Source: Gemmatimonadaceae bacterium (GTDB lineage Bacteria; Gemmatimonadota; Gemmatimonadetes; Gemmatimonadales; Gemmatimonadaceae). Taken from it: 64,000 nt of DNA. The stretch is from NCBI GenBank assembly GCA_031426255.1, contig JANPKW010000004.1, forward strand, positions 26,886 through 90,885, read 5' to 3'. The notes under the pieces were generated by a model. It ran no database searches and was not told where the DNA came from. It worked only from the letters and a program-made list of their open reading frames with translations. A program made the position numbers and the translations under genes. Positions 45,432 to 55,848 of the stretch are shown one piece after another (the first letter of the stretch is position 1; every line of letters starts with the position of its first letter).

Positions 45432-46147
45432 AACGTCGCTACCTCGAGCGCGGCAATGTCATCTACGCGCATGGTTTCGGTTGTGAAGAAGGGCTCACCG
45501 TATTTCGTGCGAATCAATGACCCATAATGCGCTGCCTGATGCCTTATGATGTCGTACAGCTGCTCGCCATTCGGGAATACCTCGCCCGCCTGGATCGCTT
45601 CGTCGAACTGTGACGAGTAACACTTGACCGCTTCGAGCTTTTGCTCGAAAGTGTCGCTGATATCGACGACGAACGTCGGCTTGATGTTGTCCTCGCGGTA
45701 TGCAAGACAGTGAACAACCTTGCGCGGCCGAAAGAAAGGGACGTCAGGCTCGACTTTCCGCAGCCCTGCGACAAAGCATGCGTCCCGGATTAGCTGCGCG
45801 CTCACTGTGTGGTCAGGATGCTTACCCTTGATCGATGGCGCGATCACTACGGCTGGCCGGAACCTGCGTATGGCGACTGCGAGCATCGCGCGCGTTTGTG
45901 GTGTATTCACGACGCCACCGTCCGGCAGCCCAAGGTTTTCGCGCGCCGAAAGTCCCATGACCGCGGCCGCGCGTGATGCCTCCTCGCCACGCAATTCCGC
46001 CGAACCTCTCGTACCCAGCTCGCCTGCCGTAAGGTCTATCGCAGCGGTTCGCCGTCCAAGTTGTGCGGCTTTGATGAGAGTGCCGCCGCACGTGAGCTCG
46101 ACGTCGTCCCTGTGTGCCGCGATTGCGAGGATGTCTACTGTCGGCAT
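45428..46147 (-). CDS. bshB1: PIG-L family deacetylase, BshB1-like
   Basis: AHRDDVELTCGG, DLTAGELGTRGS, HPDH, KLEAVKCYSSQF, YGEPF. The bacillithiol role is not shown within this window. Confidence 0.85.
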   Translation of the reverse strand: MPTVDILAIAAHRDDVELTCGGTLIKAAQLGRRTAAIDLTAGELGTRGSAELRGEEASRAAAVMGLSARENLGLPDGGVVNTPQTRAMLAVAIRRFRPAVVIAPSIKGKHPDHTVSAQLIRDACFVAGLRKVEPDVPFFRPRKVVHCLAYREDNIKPTFVVDISDTFEQKLEAVKCYSSQFDEAIQAGEVFPNGEQLYDIIRHQAAHYGSLIRTKYGEPFFTTETMRVDDIAALEVATF

Positions 46148-46361
46148 TTCGGTGAATATAAGGAAAACGACTTACGCTTGATTGGTTTGTTTAAAAGGCT
46201 GGCGGCTTAGTTCTATTTCCGTCTGTTAAACACGGAATCACGGTGGCCACGGAGTTCCACGGAGCCAGCCCGGGTTGAAAAACCCAGCGATTGAGGCGCG
46301 GGTCGGTGTCCTTCAACTGATAAAGAAATCATCCGCTTTCCCTGGGGACCCCCAAGGAACC

Positions 46362-47603
46362 TCACTCGTACCGCAGCGCTTCAATAGGATCGAGCTTAGC
46401 AGCCCGCCGCGCCGGAATCATTCCGAATACGATTCCAATACCGACAGATACACTTACTGCAATCAGCGTGAGCGTTACCGGAACGCCGGTATCGATGTTC
46501 ATGAACGCAGTGATGATCCGGCCAAGCACCAAACCGACAATGATGCCGATCAAGCCGCCAATTCCCGTCAGGGTCGCAGATTCAACAAGGAATTGCAGCA
46601 GTATTTCCCGCTGCGTCGCGCCCATTGCCTTGCGCACGCCGATCTCACGAGTGCGACTCGTCACCGAGACCATCATGATCGCCATCACACCGATTCCACC
46701 GACCATCAGGCCCACGCTCGACAGCACAATCATCACCAGAAAGAACACGCCCGTGATCTTGTTGAATGTGTCCAGAATCTGATCCTGCGTGATCATGTCG
46801 AAAGAATTCTTGTCGGCAGGCCGCAATCGCCTGTCCTCGCGCATCGTCACAGTTACGGCTTCCTGAGCGGCTGCTGTGGTCACCCCTGTCTTTGGCTTCA
46901 CCGCAATGTAGACCCCGTTCGTCTTGTCGATCGCGAACTGCTGATCGAGCATGAGATACGGCACCACCGCGCCGGTAGCCTGACCCGGCGGCTCGAAAAT
47001 GTTCGAGGCTTTCTGATACAATCCGATCACCTGCGCCGGCCTTCCACCGATGTGCACCTGCTTGTCGATAATGGTTTCGCCGCCAAAAATGCGTCGCGCT
47101 GCATCCTCCTCCAGCACAGTGACAGCAGCCCCGCTTGTTAGCTCGCCTGGCGTGAACCAGCGACCGTCAACCAGATCCCCGCCATAAATTTCCGGGAATC
47201 CTTCGTCCGCGCCAAAAACGATAAGCTTCTGAGTGCGCACGCCTTTGTACTCGAGGCGCGCCTGCGCCTGCCCCCAGATTCCCGCGTACCCGATTTCCGG
47301 AAGCGATTCGATTCGCCTCGCTTCACCCGCGGTGAGGTCGGGCCGGATCCGGATCCACGTCGGCAGGTTGCTCGGATCGACAGGCGTCTGTGAGAACGCC
47401 TTCACTACGTAGAAAGTTGTCGGACCTGCAATTTCGATCGTACTGACGATCTGTTTTTGAATACCCTGGACGATCGCCGCCATCATCATCACAGTAGATA
47501 CTCCCATCACGACGCCCAGGATGGTCAGACCCGAACGCAGCTTGTTCGTTCTCAACGTGTCGATTGCGACCACGACGTTGTTCCGCACGTGATCGATGAG
47601 CAT
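46362..47603 (-). CDS. MacB/FtsX-like ABC transporter permease (copy 4)
   Basis: NKLRSGLTILG, periplasmic domain, VGGIGVMAIMMVSVTSRTREIGVRKAMGA, LDPIEALRYE. Confidence 0.95.
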   Translation of the reverse strand: MLIDHVRNNVVVAIDTLRTNKLRSGLTILGVVMGVSTVMMMAAIVQGIQKQIVSTIEIAGPTTFYVVKAFSQTPVDPSNLPTWIRIRPDLTAGEARRIESLPEIGYAGIWGQAQARLEYKGVRTQKLIVFGADEGFPEIYGGDLVDGRWFTPGELTSGAAVTVLEEDAARRIFGGETIIDKQVHIGGRPAQVIGLYQKASNIFEPPGQATGAVVPYLMLDQQFAIDKTNGVYIAVKPKTGVTTAAAQEAVTVTMREDRRLRPADKNSFDMITQDQILDTFNKITGVFFLVMIVLSSVGLMVGGIGVMAIMMVSVTSRTREIGVRKAMGATQREILLQFLVESATLTGIGGLIGIIVGLVLGRIITAFMNIDTGVPVTLTLIAVSVSVGIGIVFGMIPARRAAKLDPIEALRYE

Positions 47604-48845
47604 CTATTCCTGCCTCAGCGCAGCGATGGGATCGAGACGCGCTGCCCGCGCGGCAGGGTAAACACCGAATAGCACGCCGACTCCCGCGCCGAGCGAGAGC
47701 GCAAGCAGCACTGACCACGCCGTGACTTTTGCCGGAAGCGGCGAAGCGAAGGAAACGAGCTGAGCGAGACCCCACCCTGTCACTACACCCAGGATCCCAC
47801 CGACACTGGCAAGTACGATTGCCTCGACGAGAAACTGTCGCCGGATGTCTCGGGAACGGGCACCAAGCGCTTTGCGGACTCCGATCTCCCTCGTGCGCTC
47901 TCCTACCGACATCAGCATGATGTTCATGATCACTATACCGCCGACGATCACTCCAATTCCGACAATAGCGGGAATAACCGAGAAGAGGACACTCGTGAGC
48001 CGCTTCCAGAATTCGATGAGCGCGTCGGCCGTTTCGACGGAGTAGTCGCTTTCTTCGCCGGGCTTCAGGCGATGAGCCGTGCGCATCGCGCCATCTGCCA
48101 GCGCCATCCCTCCCGCCACTTCTTCAGCACTCGCCATTTTTACTGAAATCGTCGTGGTGCGCCGACTGCCATACAGCGATTCGAACGTTGTAAACGGCAG
48201 CAGAACGAAACCATCGAAGGACTGGCCCAGCATGCGCCCCTTCTTCTCGATGACTCCAACCACCGTATAAGTACCGGTGAGAATCCTGATCGGCTTGCCT
48301 AGCGGATCGACATTCTCAAAGAGTTTCTCCGCTATGTCCGCCCCGATGACTGCAACAGGTTGTCGCTGCCTGACGTCGATGTCGGTAAGCGGGCGCCCGG
48401 AGGCGAATTTGTAGTCCTGCACTACCTGGTATGGCGGCGTTACGCCGAATATCGCGACGCTGCCGAGCGTGCGTGTTGACCACCTGACGTCAGCCGTTGG
48501 GGCAGGGAAGCCGGATTGGAGGCTGATCGCTACCGCTTGCGGCACGGCCGCAATTACGGCCGCCGCATCAGCCTCGGTTATCCTCGGCCTGCGCTGGACC
48601 CGGCGCATCATCTCGTCGTCGAATAGTCCGACCTGAATGGGCGTGCGACGAACCTGGAACGCGTTCTGGCCGACGATCGCGCCCGCGAGGTTGTCGGTCA
48701 CGTACGAGTTCATGCCCTGAATGATCGCGACCACCGCGACGAGAAACGTCACGGATACGATTATCCCGAGGAGGGTGAAGAACGACCTTAGCTTGTTCTG
48801 CCTGAGCTGCTGGAGCGCTGTGAGAATGACGTCCGCGAATGTCAC
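47604..48845 (-). CDS. MacB/FtsX-like ABC transporter permease (copy 3)
   Basis: NKLRSFFTLLG, VGGIVIMNIMLMSVGERTREIGVRKALGA, LDPIAALRQE. Confidence 0.95.
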   Translation of the reverse strand: MTFADVILTALQQLRQNKLRSFFTLLGIIVSVTFLVAVVAIIQGMNSYVTDNLAGAIVGQNAFQVRRTPIQVGLFDDEMMRRVQRRPRITEADAAAVIAAVPQAVAISLQSGFPAPTADVRWSTRTLGSVAIFGVTPPYQVVQDYKFASGRPLTDIDVRQRQPVAVIGADIAEKLFENVDPLGKPIRILTGTYTVVGVIEKKGRMLGQSFDGFVLLPFTTFESLYGSRRTTTISVKMASAEEVAGGMALADGAMRTAHRLKPGEESDYSVETADALIEFWKRLTSVLFSVIPAIVGIGVIVGGIVIMNIMLMSVGERTREIGVRKALGARSRDIRRQFLVEAIVLASVGGILGVVTGWGLAQLVSFASPLPAKVTAWSVLLALSLGAGVGVLFGVYPAARAARLDPIAALRQE

Positions 48846-48863
48846 TTCGCGGACGCCCTTACA

Positions 48864-50135
48864 TCACTCGTAGCGGAGCGCTTCCACGGGGTCGAGGCGC
48901 GAAGCGCGCGCTGCGGGGAGCATGCCGAATACGATTCCGGTGACAGCGCTTACTCCAAGTGCCGCGACGATCGCCATCAGCGGCGTAGATGCCGGTACGG
49001 GCGTGAATTTGTTGACCAGGTAGGCCACGCTCGAGCCAGCAGCCAGCCCGATCGTTGCGCCAACGCAGGTCAACGTAGCGGCCTCCACCAGAAACTGCCA
49101 GAGAATTGTCTTCCGCGTGGCACCAAGCGCCTTCCGCACGCCGATCTCACGTGTTCGCTCGGTGACGCTGATCATCATGATCGCAATGACACCGACGCCG
49201 CCGACCATCAGCCCTACAGCCGAGAGCGCAATCATGATGACGAAGAACACGCCGAAGAAACCGTCGTAGATCTCCATGAGTCCGTCAGACGTGATGATTG
49301 CAAAGTTGTCCGGCGTGCTCGGCCTGAGCCCGCGCTGGCCGCGAATGAGGGCGGTCACGGCGTCGATGGCCTCATCGCGAGGCACCGAAGTGCGCGGCCT
49401 GATCGTCAGGTCCAGCCTCGGCAGGCGGAAGCCAAGGTGCCGGCGCCCCGCTTCAATCGGAATGATCGCCTTCGGGTCGGTTCCCGATGTTGACGAGGTC
49501 GGCTTCCCGAGGAAACTCCCCTTATTGTAGTGAATGCCGATTACGGTGAAGGGCTTTCCGTCGATGTCTATGACCTTGTCGAGCGGGTCGGACTCGCCGA
49601 ACAAGCGCTTCGCCATCTCCTCATTCACGACGACGATGTTGCTGCCCGTTGTGTTTTCGGCGTAGGTAAAGTCGCGACCTGACGTAATGTCGCCGCCATC
49701 GGCCGCAAGCCATCCCGCACTGTAGCCGTCGAGCCCGCCGCTCCTGACCAGTTTGTCCTTATACGTAAACCTTGCCTGCGTTCCGACATGCGCAGTTACT
49801 GCTGCGATTTCAGGAAGAGCCGCAATGCGGCGCGCCTCGTCCATCGTGATCGACGGGTTGCGGCGCCATGTGCAAGTGTCATCTGTGCCGTCGCAGATCG
49901 TGTTCAGGCTGACCGGGCGGCGGTACATGTAGAAGCTCGAAGGGCCCGCGGACTCGAGATCCTTTGCAACGCTTGCGTTGATTCCGTGAACCGCGGCCGA
50001 GAGTGTCACGACAACGAACACGCCGACTGCCACACCAAGTATCGTGAGCGCCGCGCGAACCTTGTTGGCGCGGATCGCATCGAACGCAATGCCGACGCCT
50101 TCCGCGAGGTTGAACAGCCATGATGAGAAACCCAT
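48864..50135 (-). CDS. MacB/FtsX-like ABC transporter permease (copy 2)
   Basis: NKVRAALTILG, VGGVGVIAIMMISVTERTREIGVRKALGA, LDPVEALRYE. Confidence 0.95.
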   Translation of the reverse strand: MGFSSWLFNLAEGVGIAFDAIRANKVRAALTILGVAVGVFVVVTLSAAVHGINASVAKDLESAGPSSFYMYRRPVSLNTICDGTDDTCTWRRNPSITMDEARRIAALPEIAAVTAHVGTQARFTYKDKLVRSGGLDGYSAGWLAADGGDITSGRDFTYAENTTGSNIVVVNEEMAKRLFGESDPLDKVIDIDGKPFTVIGIHYNKGSFLGKPTSSTSGTDPKAIIPIEAGRRHLGFRLPRLDLTIRPRTSVPRDEAIDAVTALIRGQRGLRPSTPDNFAIITSDGLMEIYDGFFGVFFVIMIALSAVGLMVGGVGVIAIMMISVTERTREIGVRKALGATRKTILWQFLVEAATLTCVGATIGLAAGSSVAYLVNKFTPVPASTPLMAIVAALGVSAVTGIVFGMLPAARASRLDPVEALRYE

Positions 50136-51371
50136 TTACTCGGACCTCAGCGCGAGAATCGGATCCAGACGTGAGGCACGACTCGCCGGATATATCCCCG
50201 ATATGATGCCGACGCCTGCTCCGACGATAACGCCAGCCACGATGGACCACGGCGCTACCGAGGCGGGCAACGGGGACACAGCGGCGATGAACTGAGCCAG
50301 GAGAATCCCCAGCACTATCCCGATCGCAGCGCCGACAGTACTCAGCGTGGCGGCCTCAACGAGAAATTGCGACATGATGTCGCGCCTGCGCGCGCCAAGC
50401 GCCTTTCGAATCCCGATCTCGCGGGTGCGCTCGGCAACAGCTACCAACATGATGTTCATGATCACTATTGCGCCGACGACGAGCCCGATTGCTGGCAGGA
50501 TCACGCCGGCGATCACGAGCTTGCTCTTGATGTCGTTCCAGAACTTGAGCGCGGACTCTGATGTCTCGAGTGAGAAGTTGTCAGGCTGCGATGCCCGCAG
50601 TCCGCGACGGCCGCGCATCACCTGGCGGATAGTCTCCTGCGCCTCGAGCATGTCACCATCGCCCGGGAGCTTGATCTTCAGCGCATCGATAACCTGCGGC
50701 CGATTGACGACGTGCCGCAGCGGTGAGCGGTATGGCGCGATCGCGAAGCGATCGAGGGACAATCCGAAGATGCTGCCCTGTGATTCAGCGACGCCGATCA
50801 CGGTGTACGGAAGACCGGCGACCTTCAGCTCGCGACCGATGGGATCGAGGTCAGGGAAGTAGCGTTCCGCGATCTCTTCGCCAACCACGACGACGGGTGA
50901 TCCAAGCGCCATCTCCTGTGAGGTGATGAGCCGGCCTTTTGCCACCTTCATTTCGCGGATCTGGAAGTAGTCGCCGTCAACGGCCCACGCTTCGAGGTTT
51001 GCCGGCTTCGCCCAGCGCGAGGACATGGAAACATTGTCGTAACCTTCGGCCGACCAGAGAGTGCCCGGTGGAAGCGCGGATACCACCGGTTCAACATCGG
51101 TGATCAGCACGCGCGGACGACGCTGCATTGCGCGCCACTCTTCCTCGCTGACGTCCTCGAACTCACCGTTTCTCTTCAGGCTGACGGTGTTGACGCCAAC
51201 GAGCTTGCCGACGAAATCGTGCTCCATGTAGCTGGACATCCCTTCTACGATGGAGACGACCGCAATCAGGAACATTACGCCGATGACAACACCCAGGAGC
51301 GTGAAGAAACTCTTCAGCTTCTGCACTCGGATCTGCGCCAGCGCGAGCCGGATTGCGTCGATGAAGGGCAT
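50136..51371 (-). CDS. MacB/FtsX-like ABC transporter permease (copy 1)
   Basis: QKLKSFFTLLG, VGAIVIMNIMLVAVAERTREIGIRKALGA, LDPILALRSE. Confidence 0.95.
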   Translation of the reverse strand: MPFIDAIRLALAQIRVQKLKSFFTLLGVVIGVMFLIAVVSIVEGMSSYMEHDFVGKLVGVNTVSLKRNGEFEDVSEEEWRAMQRRPRVLITDVEPVVSALPPGTLWSAEGYDNVSMSSRWAKPANLEAWAVDGDYFQIREMKVAKGRLITSQEMALGSPVVVVGEEIAERYFPDLDPIGRELKVAGLPYTVIGVAESQGSIFGLSLDRFAIAPYRSPLRHVVNRPQVIDALKIKLPGDGDMLEAQETIRQVMRGRRGLRASQPDNFSLETSESALKFWNDIKSKLVIAGVILPAIGLVVGAIVIMNIMLVAVAERTREIGIRKALGARRRDIMSQFLVEAATLSTVGAAIGIVLGILLAQFIAAVSPLPASVAPWSIVAGVIVGAGVGIISGIYPASRASRLDPILALRSE

Positions 51372-51374
51372 TGA

Positions 51375-52187
51375 CTACTTGTGAGCCGAAGCTGGGCCGC
51401 CCTGCATTTTCTCGGCGAACCTCTCGCGCCTGTCATCACTTTCGATCATGCCGTCGCGCAGGACGATGACACGACGTGCGTGTGCAGCAATGTCGGGCTC
51501 GTGTGTCACCATGATCACCGTCTGACCAGTGGTAGCGAGCTCCTCGAAAACGCGCATGATTTCCTCCGACGTGCTCGAGTCCAGATTTCCCGTGGGCTCG
51601 TCAGCGAGCAGGATCGCCGGATTGTTAACGAGTGCGCGCGCAATCGCTACGCGCTGGCGCTGTCCGCCCGAGAGCTCGTTGGGCCGGTGAGTGATTCTGT
51701 CACCCAGCTGCACGCGCTCGAGCGCAGCAATCGCGCGCTTGCGACGCTCATCCGACGGCACACCTGCATACACCAGCGGCAGCTCCACATTGTGAAGCGC
51801 AGTCGCGCGCGGCAGGAGGTTGAATGTCTGAAACACGAAACCAATCTCGCGATTGCGAACGCGAGCGAGCTCATCGTCAGCCATCGATGAAACAAGGTTG
51901 CCGCTAAGCCAGTATTCGCCGGCATCAGGCGTGTCGAGGCAGCCGATGAGATTCATGAGCGTCGATTTGCCGGACCCTGAAGGTCCCATGATTGCCACGT
52001 ATTCGTTGCGGCGGATCGCGACATCTACGCCACGCAGCGCACGCACGATTTCACCACCCATGTCGTATTCGCGCTTGATGCCGCGCGTGACAATGACCCA
52101 GTCCTTGTCAGGTGCCGAGCCGGCCTGCTGCGTCACCGCCTGTCGTTCTGCGGTGAAGCTCATCGGCTGGTCTTCTGTTGTCTGCAT
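51375..52187 (-). CDS. ABC transporter ATP-binding protein (MacB/LolD-like)
   Basis: [49 protein letters not shown]. Alternative start at 52163. Confidence 0.96.
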   Translation of the reverse strand: MQTTEDQPMSFTAERQAVTQQAGSAPDKDWVIVTRGIKREYDMGGEIVRALRGVDVAIRRNEYVAIMGPSGSGKSTLMNLIGCLDTPDAGEYWLSGNLVSSMADDELARVRNREIGFVFQTFNLLPRATALHNVELPLVYAGVPSDERRKRAIAALERVQLGDRITHRPNELSGGQRQRVAIARALVNNPAILLADEPTGNLDSSTSEEIMRVFEELATTGQTVIMVTHEPDIAAHARRVIVLRDGMIESDDRRERFAEKMQGGPASAHK

Positions 52188-53473
52188 CAGGATTTCTTAG
52201 CCTCTTCCTTTTTCTTGTCAGGCTCTGCGTTCTTGACCCGCGCGCTGTCTTTCAGCTCGCGAATTGCCTGGTAGGTTCCGCCAACGATGCGGTCTTTCTC
52301 GCTGAGGCCCGAGACCACTTCGAAGTACTTCTCGCCGGCTATACCTACTTTTACGGGCTTGAAGGTCACTTTGTTGTCAGCCCCTACCACGAACACGCCT
52401 TCGATATCACGCTTTCCGACCTGCTTCGAAGGCGCCGCCTTCGCCAGTGTCACGGCGCCGCTGTCCTTGCTCGCCGTCGAGTCCTCGCGAACCGTCAGCG
52501 CAATGATCGGAATCGACAGCACGTTCTTCCTGACGTCGGTAATGATCTTCGCCGTGGCCGAGAAGTCAGGCCTGGTTGTGGGGGGAGCATTGATCAGGGT
52601 GATGGTTACTTCGTAATCGATGGCCTGGTCAGCGGGGTTGACGCCGCCACCGACCGCCCTGATCGAGCTGTTGGAGATTTCAGATACACGGCCGATGAAA
52701 GTCGTGTCGGGGAAAGCGTCGATCTGCACGACCGTCGAGTCACCGATCGAGATGCGCGATACATCGGTCTCGTCTACCTTCACCTTTGTCTCGAGCAGGC
52801 TCATGTCGCTTATCGTGAGAAGCGTTGCAGCATCCTTGTTCAGCGTTCCCATGATTGCCGTTTCACCTTCGCGAACGACAAGTCTCGTCACGCGCCCGCT
52901 CATCGACGCGTAGATTGTCGTCTTCGCGAGCAGGCTTTGTGCATCACGCAGGGATGCCTGTGACTGCGCAATCCCGTTTTGCGCGGACTCCAGCTGCGCC
53001 TGAGCGACATCGACCTGAGTCTTCAGCTGCTCGACCTGCTCATCCGAGACCAGCGTCGGATTGGCGCGCTTCAGCTCGAGGAGGCGGGCGTAGTTGCGGC
53101 GCGCCTGGAGGAGACTGGGGCGCGCACTCGCTGCCTGCGACCGTGAGCTCGCAACCGCCGCCGCCGCCCGCTCAGCCGCGGCGCGATACTGCGACGGATC
53201 GATCTCGAGAAGGAACTGGCCTTTCGTGACGAGATCCCCTTCCTTGACTGCCAGCCGCACGATGCGGCCTGTGATATCTGATGCGAGGTCGACCTTGTTG
53301 TGCGGTTGAACCTGACCGCTCGCGGTGACTGAGGCCACGAGATCGCGGCGCTCAACCATTTCCATCCGGACGTCAGTCGCCTTGTTGCGTCCCTTGGCTG
53401 CGCTCAGTGCGCCGACAAGTACTATCACCAACAGGATACCGCCGCCAACTCCCCACTTCGTGCGCTTGGACAT
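52187..53473 (-). CDS. Efflux periplasmic adaptor subunit (MacA-like)
   Basis: N-terminal [10 protein letters not shown], lipoyl half-motifs ([18 protein letters not shown]), coiled coil, VDETDV. Start placed at ATG 53473; the track starts at 53590. Confidence 0.93.
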   Translation of the reverse strand: MSKRTKWGVGGGILLVIVLVGALSAAKGRNKATDVRMEMVERRDLVASVTASGQVQPHNKVDLASDITGRIVRLAVKEGDLVTKGQFLLEIDPSQYRAAAERAAAAVASSRSQAASARPSLLQARRNYARLLELKRANPTLVSDEQVEQLKTQVDVAQAQLESAQNGIAQSQASLRDAQSLLAKTTIYASMSGRVTRLVVREGETAIMGTLNKDAATLLTISDMSLLETKVKVDETDVSRISIGDSTVVQIDAFPDTTFIGRVSEISNSSIRAVGGGVNPADQAIDYEVTITLINAPPTTRPDFSATAKIITDVRKNVLSIPIIALTVREDSTASKDSGAVTLAKAAPSKQVGKRDIEGVFVVGADNKVTFKPVKVGIAGEKYFEVVSGLSEKDRIVGGTYQAIRELKDSARVKNAEPDKKKEEAKKS

Positions 53474-53486
53474 TTCCTTTTTCCCG

Positions 53487-54974
53487 TTATCTGAGTGGAC
53501 GGCCAACTGCGCTTTCCAACGCAGCGAACGCCTTGTGGTAATCGTAGATCGCGTTGATGCGCTCACTCTCCGCGCGCTCATATGCAGCACGCGATTCAGT
53601 GAGGTCGACGAAGTTTACGGCACCGTTGCGATACCGGTCTTCCGTGAACTTGAGCTCCAGCCGCGCCTTCGCCGAGTTCTGCGCCTGGAGTGCGGCAGTG
53701 CGTGCCGCCGTTGTAAGTGTCAGATACGCTGCCGACACGTCAGCTGTGATTGCGAGCTCGCGGGCGCGAACATTGAATCGCGCGTCGGAGCTTGCAGCCT
53801 GCGCTTCCTGGACCCGCTGCTCTCGCGCAAAGCCATCGAAGAGCGGCATTGAAACAGTTGCCGAGATCGATCGCGGTGAGTTTTGAAAGTTGAATGGGAA
53901 CTGACGGTTGTCAGAGCGTATTCTGGCAGCATCAGCATCTGTGAACACGAGTGCCTGACAACCGGCGAGATTGTTCGGGAGGTTCAGGGCTGCACGAACC
54001 TCTTCCTGTCGGATGCACGATGCCTTTCCCTCGAGAACGCCGGCTCCGGATTGCTGCACGAGGAGGTCGGGATTTGCGAAAGCGTATGTATATCCGGAGA
54101 TACCAGTGTTGACACTCAGTGTCGGCGAGTACTCGCTTCGCGCACGCTTGACGTTGAGCTCGGCAACACGCTCGCGTGAGCGCAGTGCGAGGACACCGGG
54201 ATTTGCCTGCCGCGCTGAAGCAAGCAGCTCGGCAAGTGCGGGCGCTTCATGAAGCGTGGTGAACTGAGTGGTGAGCGTGACGTCAGCGGGCTGCTCGACT
54301 CCCATCTGTTGAAAAAGTCGCAGCTTCTCGATCTCGATCTGGTTCCGGCCCTGCAGCACCTGAACCTGCTGTTGGCCAACAGCTACCTCAGCCCTCGATA
54401 CGTCGAGCGCCGTTCCCGATCCAACCAGGGCGCGTGCCTGAGCGAGTACCAGCTGCCCCTGTGAGGCGACGAGCAGTGTGTCCTGGAGATCTGCCCGGGC
54501 AACTGCCTGGAGCACTGCGAGATACTGTTGCGCGACTGATGCGCGCAGCAGCTCGGAGCTTCCAGTGATGTCTGCTTCAACTGCATCGCGACTAGCGCGT
54601 TGAAGGCGCGGTGTGATGAAGGTTGCGCGATTGACACGGTAGCCGATGCCAATCTGATAGCTCGACTGATTGATATCGGAGGAGGCGCCAAGGGCCGTAC
54701 CTCCGAAAATCTGACGGCCACCCTGTTGACGCTGTGCGAAGAAACTCGCATCAGCACTCGGCAACAGCTGCCCGTTAGCGGCGCGTACTGCCGCATCCGC
54801 CCCGCGGCGATTGTTGATGGTCGCCAGGTGCACGGGGTTGTTTCTGCGCGCAAGATTGATCGCTTCGTCGAGCGACAGTGTCGCCGACTGGGCAGGAGCA
54901 ACGGCAGTCGTGGACTGGGCGGCTGCAATGCCCGGAACCGCGAGCGCCAATATCAGGCACAAACGCTTTGTCAT
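53487..54974 (-). CDS. TolC family outer-membrane efflux protein
   Basis: Signal peptide, LSLDEAINLARRNNP, two helical repeats, PLFDGFAR, LESAVGRPLR. Confidence 0.93.
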   Translation of the reverse strand: MTKRLCLILALAVPGIAAAQSTTAVAPAQSATLSLDEAINLARRNNPVHLATINNRRGADAAVRAANGQLLPSADASFFAQRQQGGRQIFGGTALGASSDINQSSYQIGIGYRVNRATFITPRLQRASRDAVEADITGSSELLRASVAQQYLAVLQAVARADLQDTLLVASQGQLVLAQARALVGSGTALDVSRAEVAVGQQQVQVLQGRNQIEIEKLRLFQQMGVEQPADVTLTTQFTTLHEAPALAELLASARQANPGVLALRSRERVAELNVKRARSEYSPTLSVNTGISGYTYAFANPDLLVQQSGAGVLEGKASCIRQEEVRAALNLPNNLAGCQALVFTDADAARIRSDNRQFPFNFQNSPRSISATVSMPLFDGFAREQRVQEAQAASSDARFNVRARELAITADVSAAYLTLTTAARTAALQAQNSAKARLELKFTEDRYRNGAVNFVDLTESRAAYERAESERINAIYDYHKAFAALESAVGRPLR

Positions 54975-55038
54975 TTTATTGTGATGGTGGATTCAGTGTG
55001 ACATACGTGACGGTCAAAGAACCGGTTTCATCATTGCT

Positions 55039-55848
55039 TCAATCGGTTACTGCGGGTGCCAGGAAAATGCGGTCGCTGATGCGTGAGCGAATTCTTTCAT
55101 AGAGGATGCGACCTTTCTCCGCCGTCGCGAGTGACGGACGCCCGATTGATCCTGCACTCGAGCTCGGAACCTTCAGCGACCCCCGCCGGTAACGCCGTAG
55201 CTCTTCGCGTGACATCATATAGTCTCGCGCGAGCTCGAGGTGTACCATCTCCGGAGCGAGGTGCAGCATTATGGACGTGTCAACTTCATCGCCATGCATT
55301 GCCTCGGTCTGGCCTTCCAGCAGCTCCGAGAGATTCACCGCGTAAATGTCGACCACCCGCACTCGCGCTCCAGCCGTGATGACGGTAGCGAGAGCTTCCT
55401 GGTGCGGGTCGTGCGCGTGCGCTGTCAACAGAATGAATTCCTTGAAGCCTGTCCCTTCCCACGAGTCCAACAAATCGTTGAGCATCCGGTGGAGCGTTTT
55501 CTTGCGCACAGAGGCGTTGCCTGTAAAGCCACGCTCGGAATCGACGTTTACGCCGTATTCAACGGCCGGTGCGCGCAGCACACCGAACTCCGCGGAGAGA
55601 TCGTCGGCGAGGCGTTCTGCGATGTACGTCGCAGTTCCCAGCGGAAGATGGGGACCATGCTGCTCGCAAGTGCCAACCGGGATGATCAGTCGCGCGTCGT
55701 CCGCGATGACCGCCTCGATCTGCATCGGAATCAGCTCCTTGATCCGCAGCGGCGCGTTCTGCGGGAGCGGAACGATTGGTGGGTGCGGGGCGGGTCTTGT
55801 GAAGTCTTCTTGCAGTGACGAAGTGGTTGACGGCAATTGTGGGGTCAT
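55039..55848 (-). CDS. Creatininase/amidohydrolase family protein
   Basis: PVGTCEQHGPHLPLGT, LTAHAHD, HGDEVDTS, GSIGRP.ATAEKG. Start uncertain. Confidence 0.9.
   Translation of the reverse strand: MTPQLPSTTSSLQEDFTRPAPHPPIVPLPQNAPLRIKELIPMQIEAVIADDARLIIPVGTCEQHGPHLPLGTATYIAERLADDLSAEFGVLRAPAVEYGVNVDSERGFTGNASVRKKTLHRMLNDLLDSWEGTGFKEFILLTAHAHDPHQEALATVITAGARVRVVDIYAVNLSELLEGQTEAMHGDEVDTSIMLHLAPEMVHLELARDYMMSREELRRYRRGSLKVPSSSAGSIGRPSLATAEKGRILYERIRSRISDRIFLAPAVTD

Noticed and set aside
53474-53590. N-terminal extension of the adaptor ORF
   Set aside because: It overlaps tolC; ATG 53473 has a purine-rich RBS and gives a normal membrane anchor.
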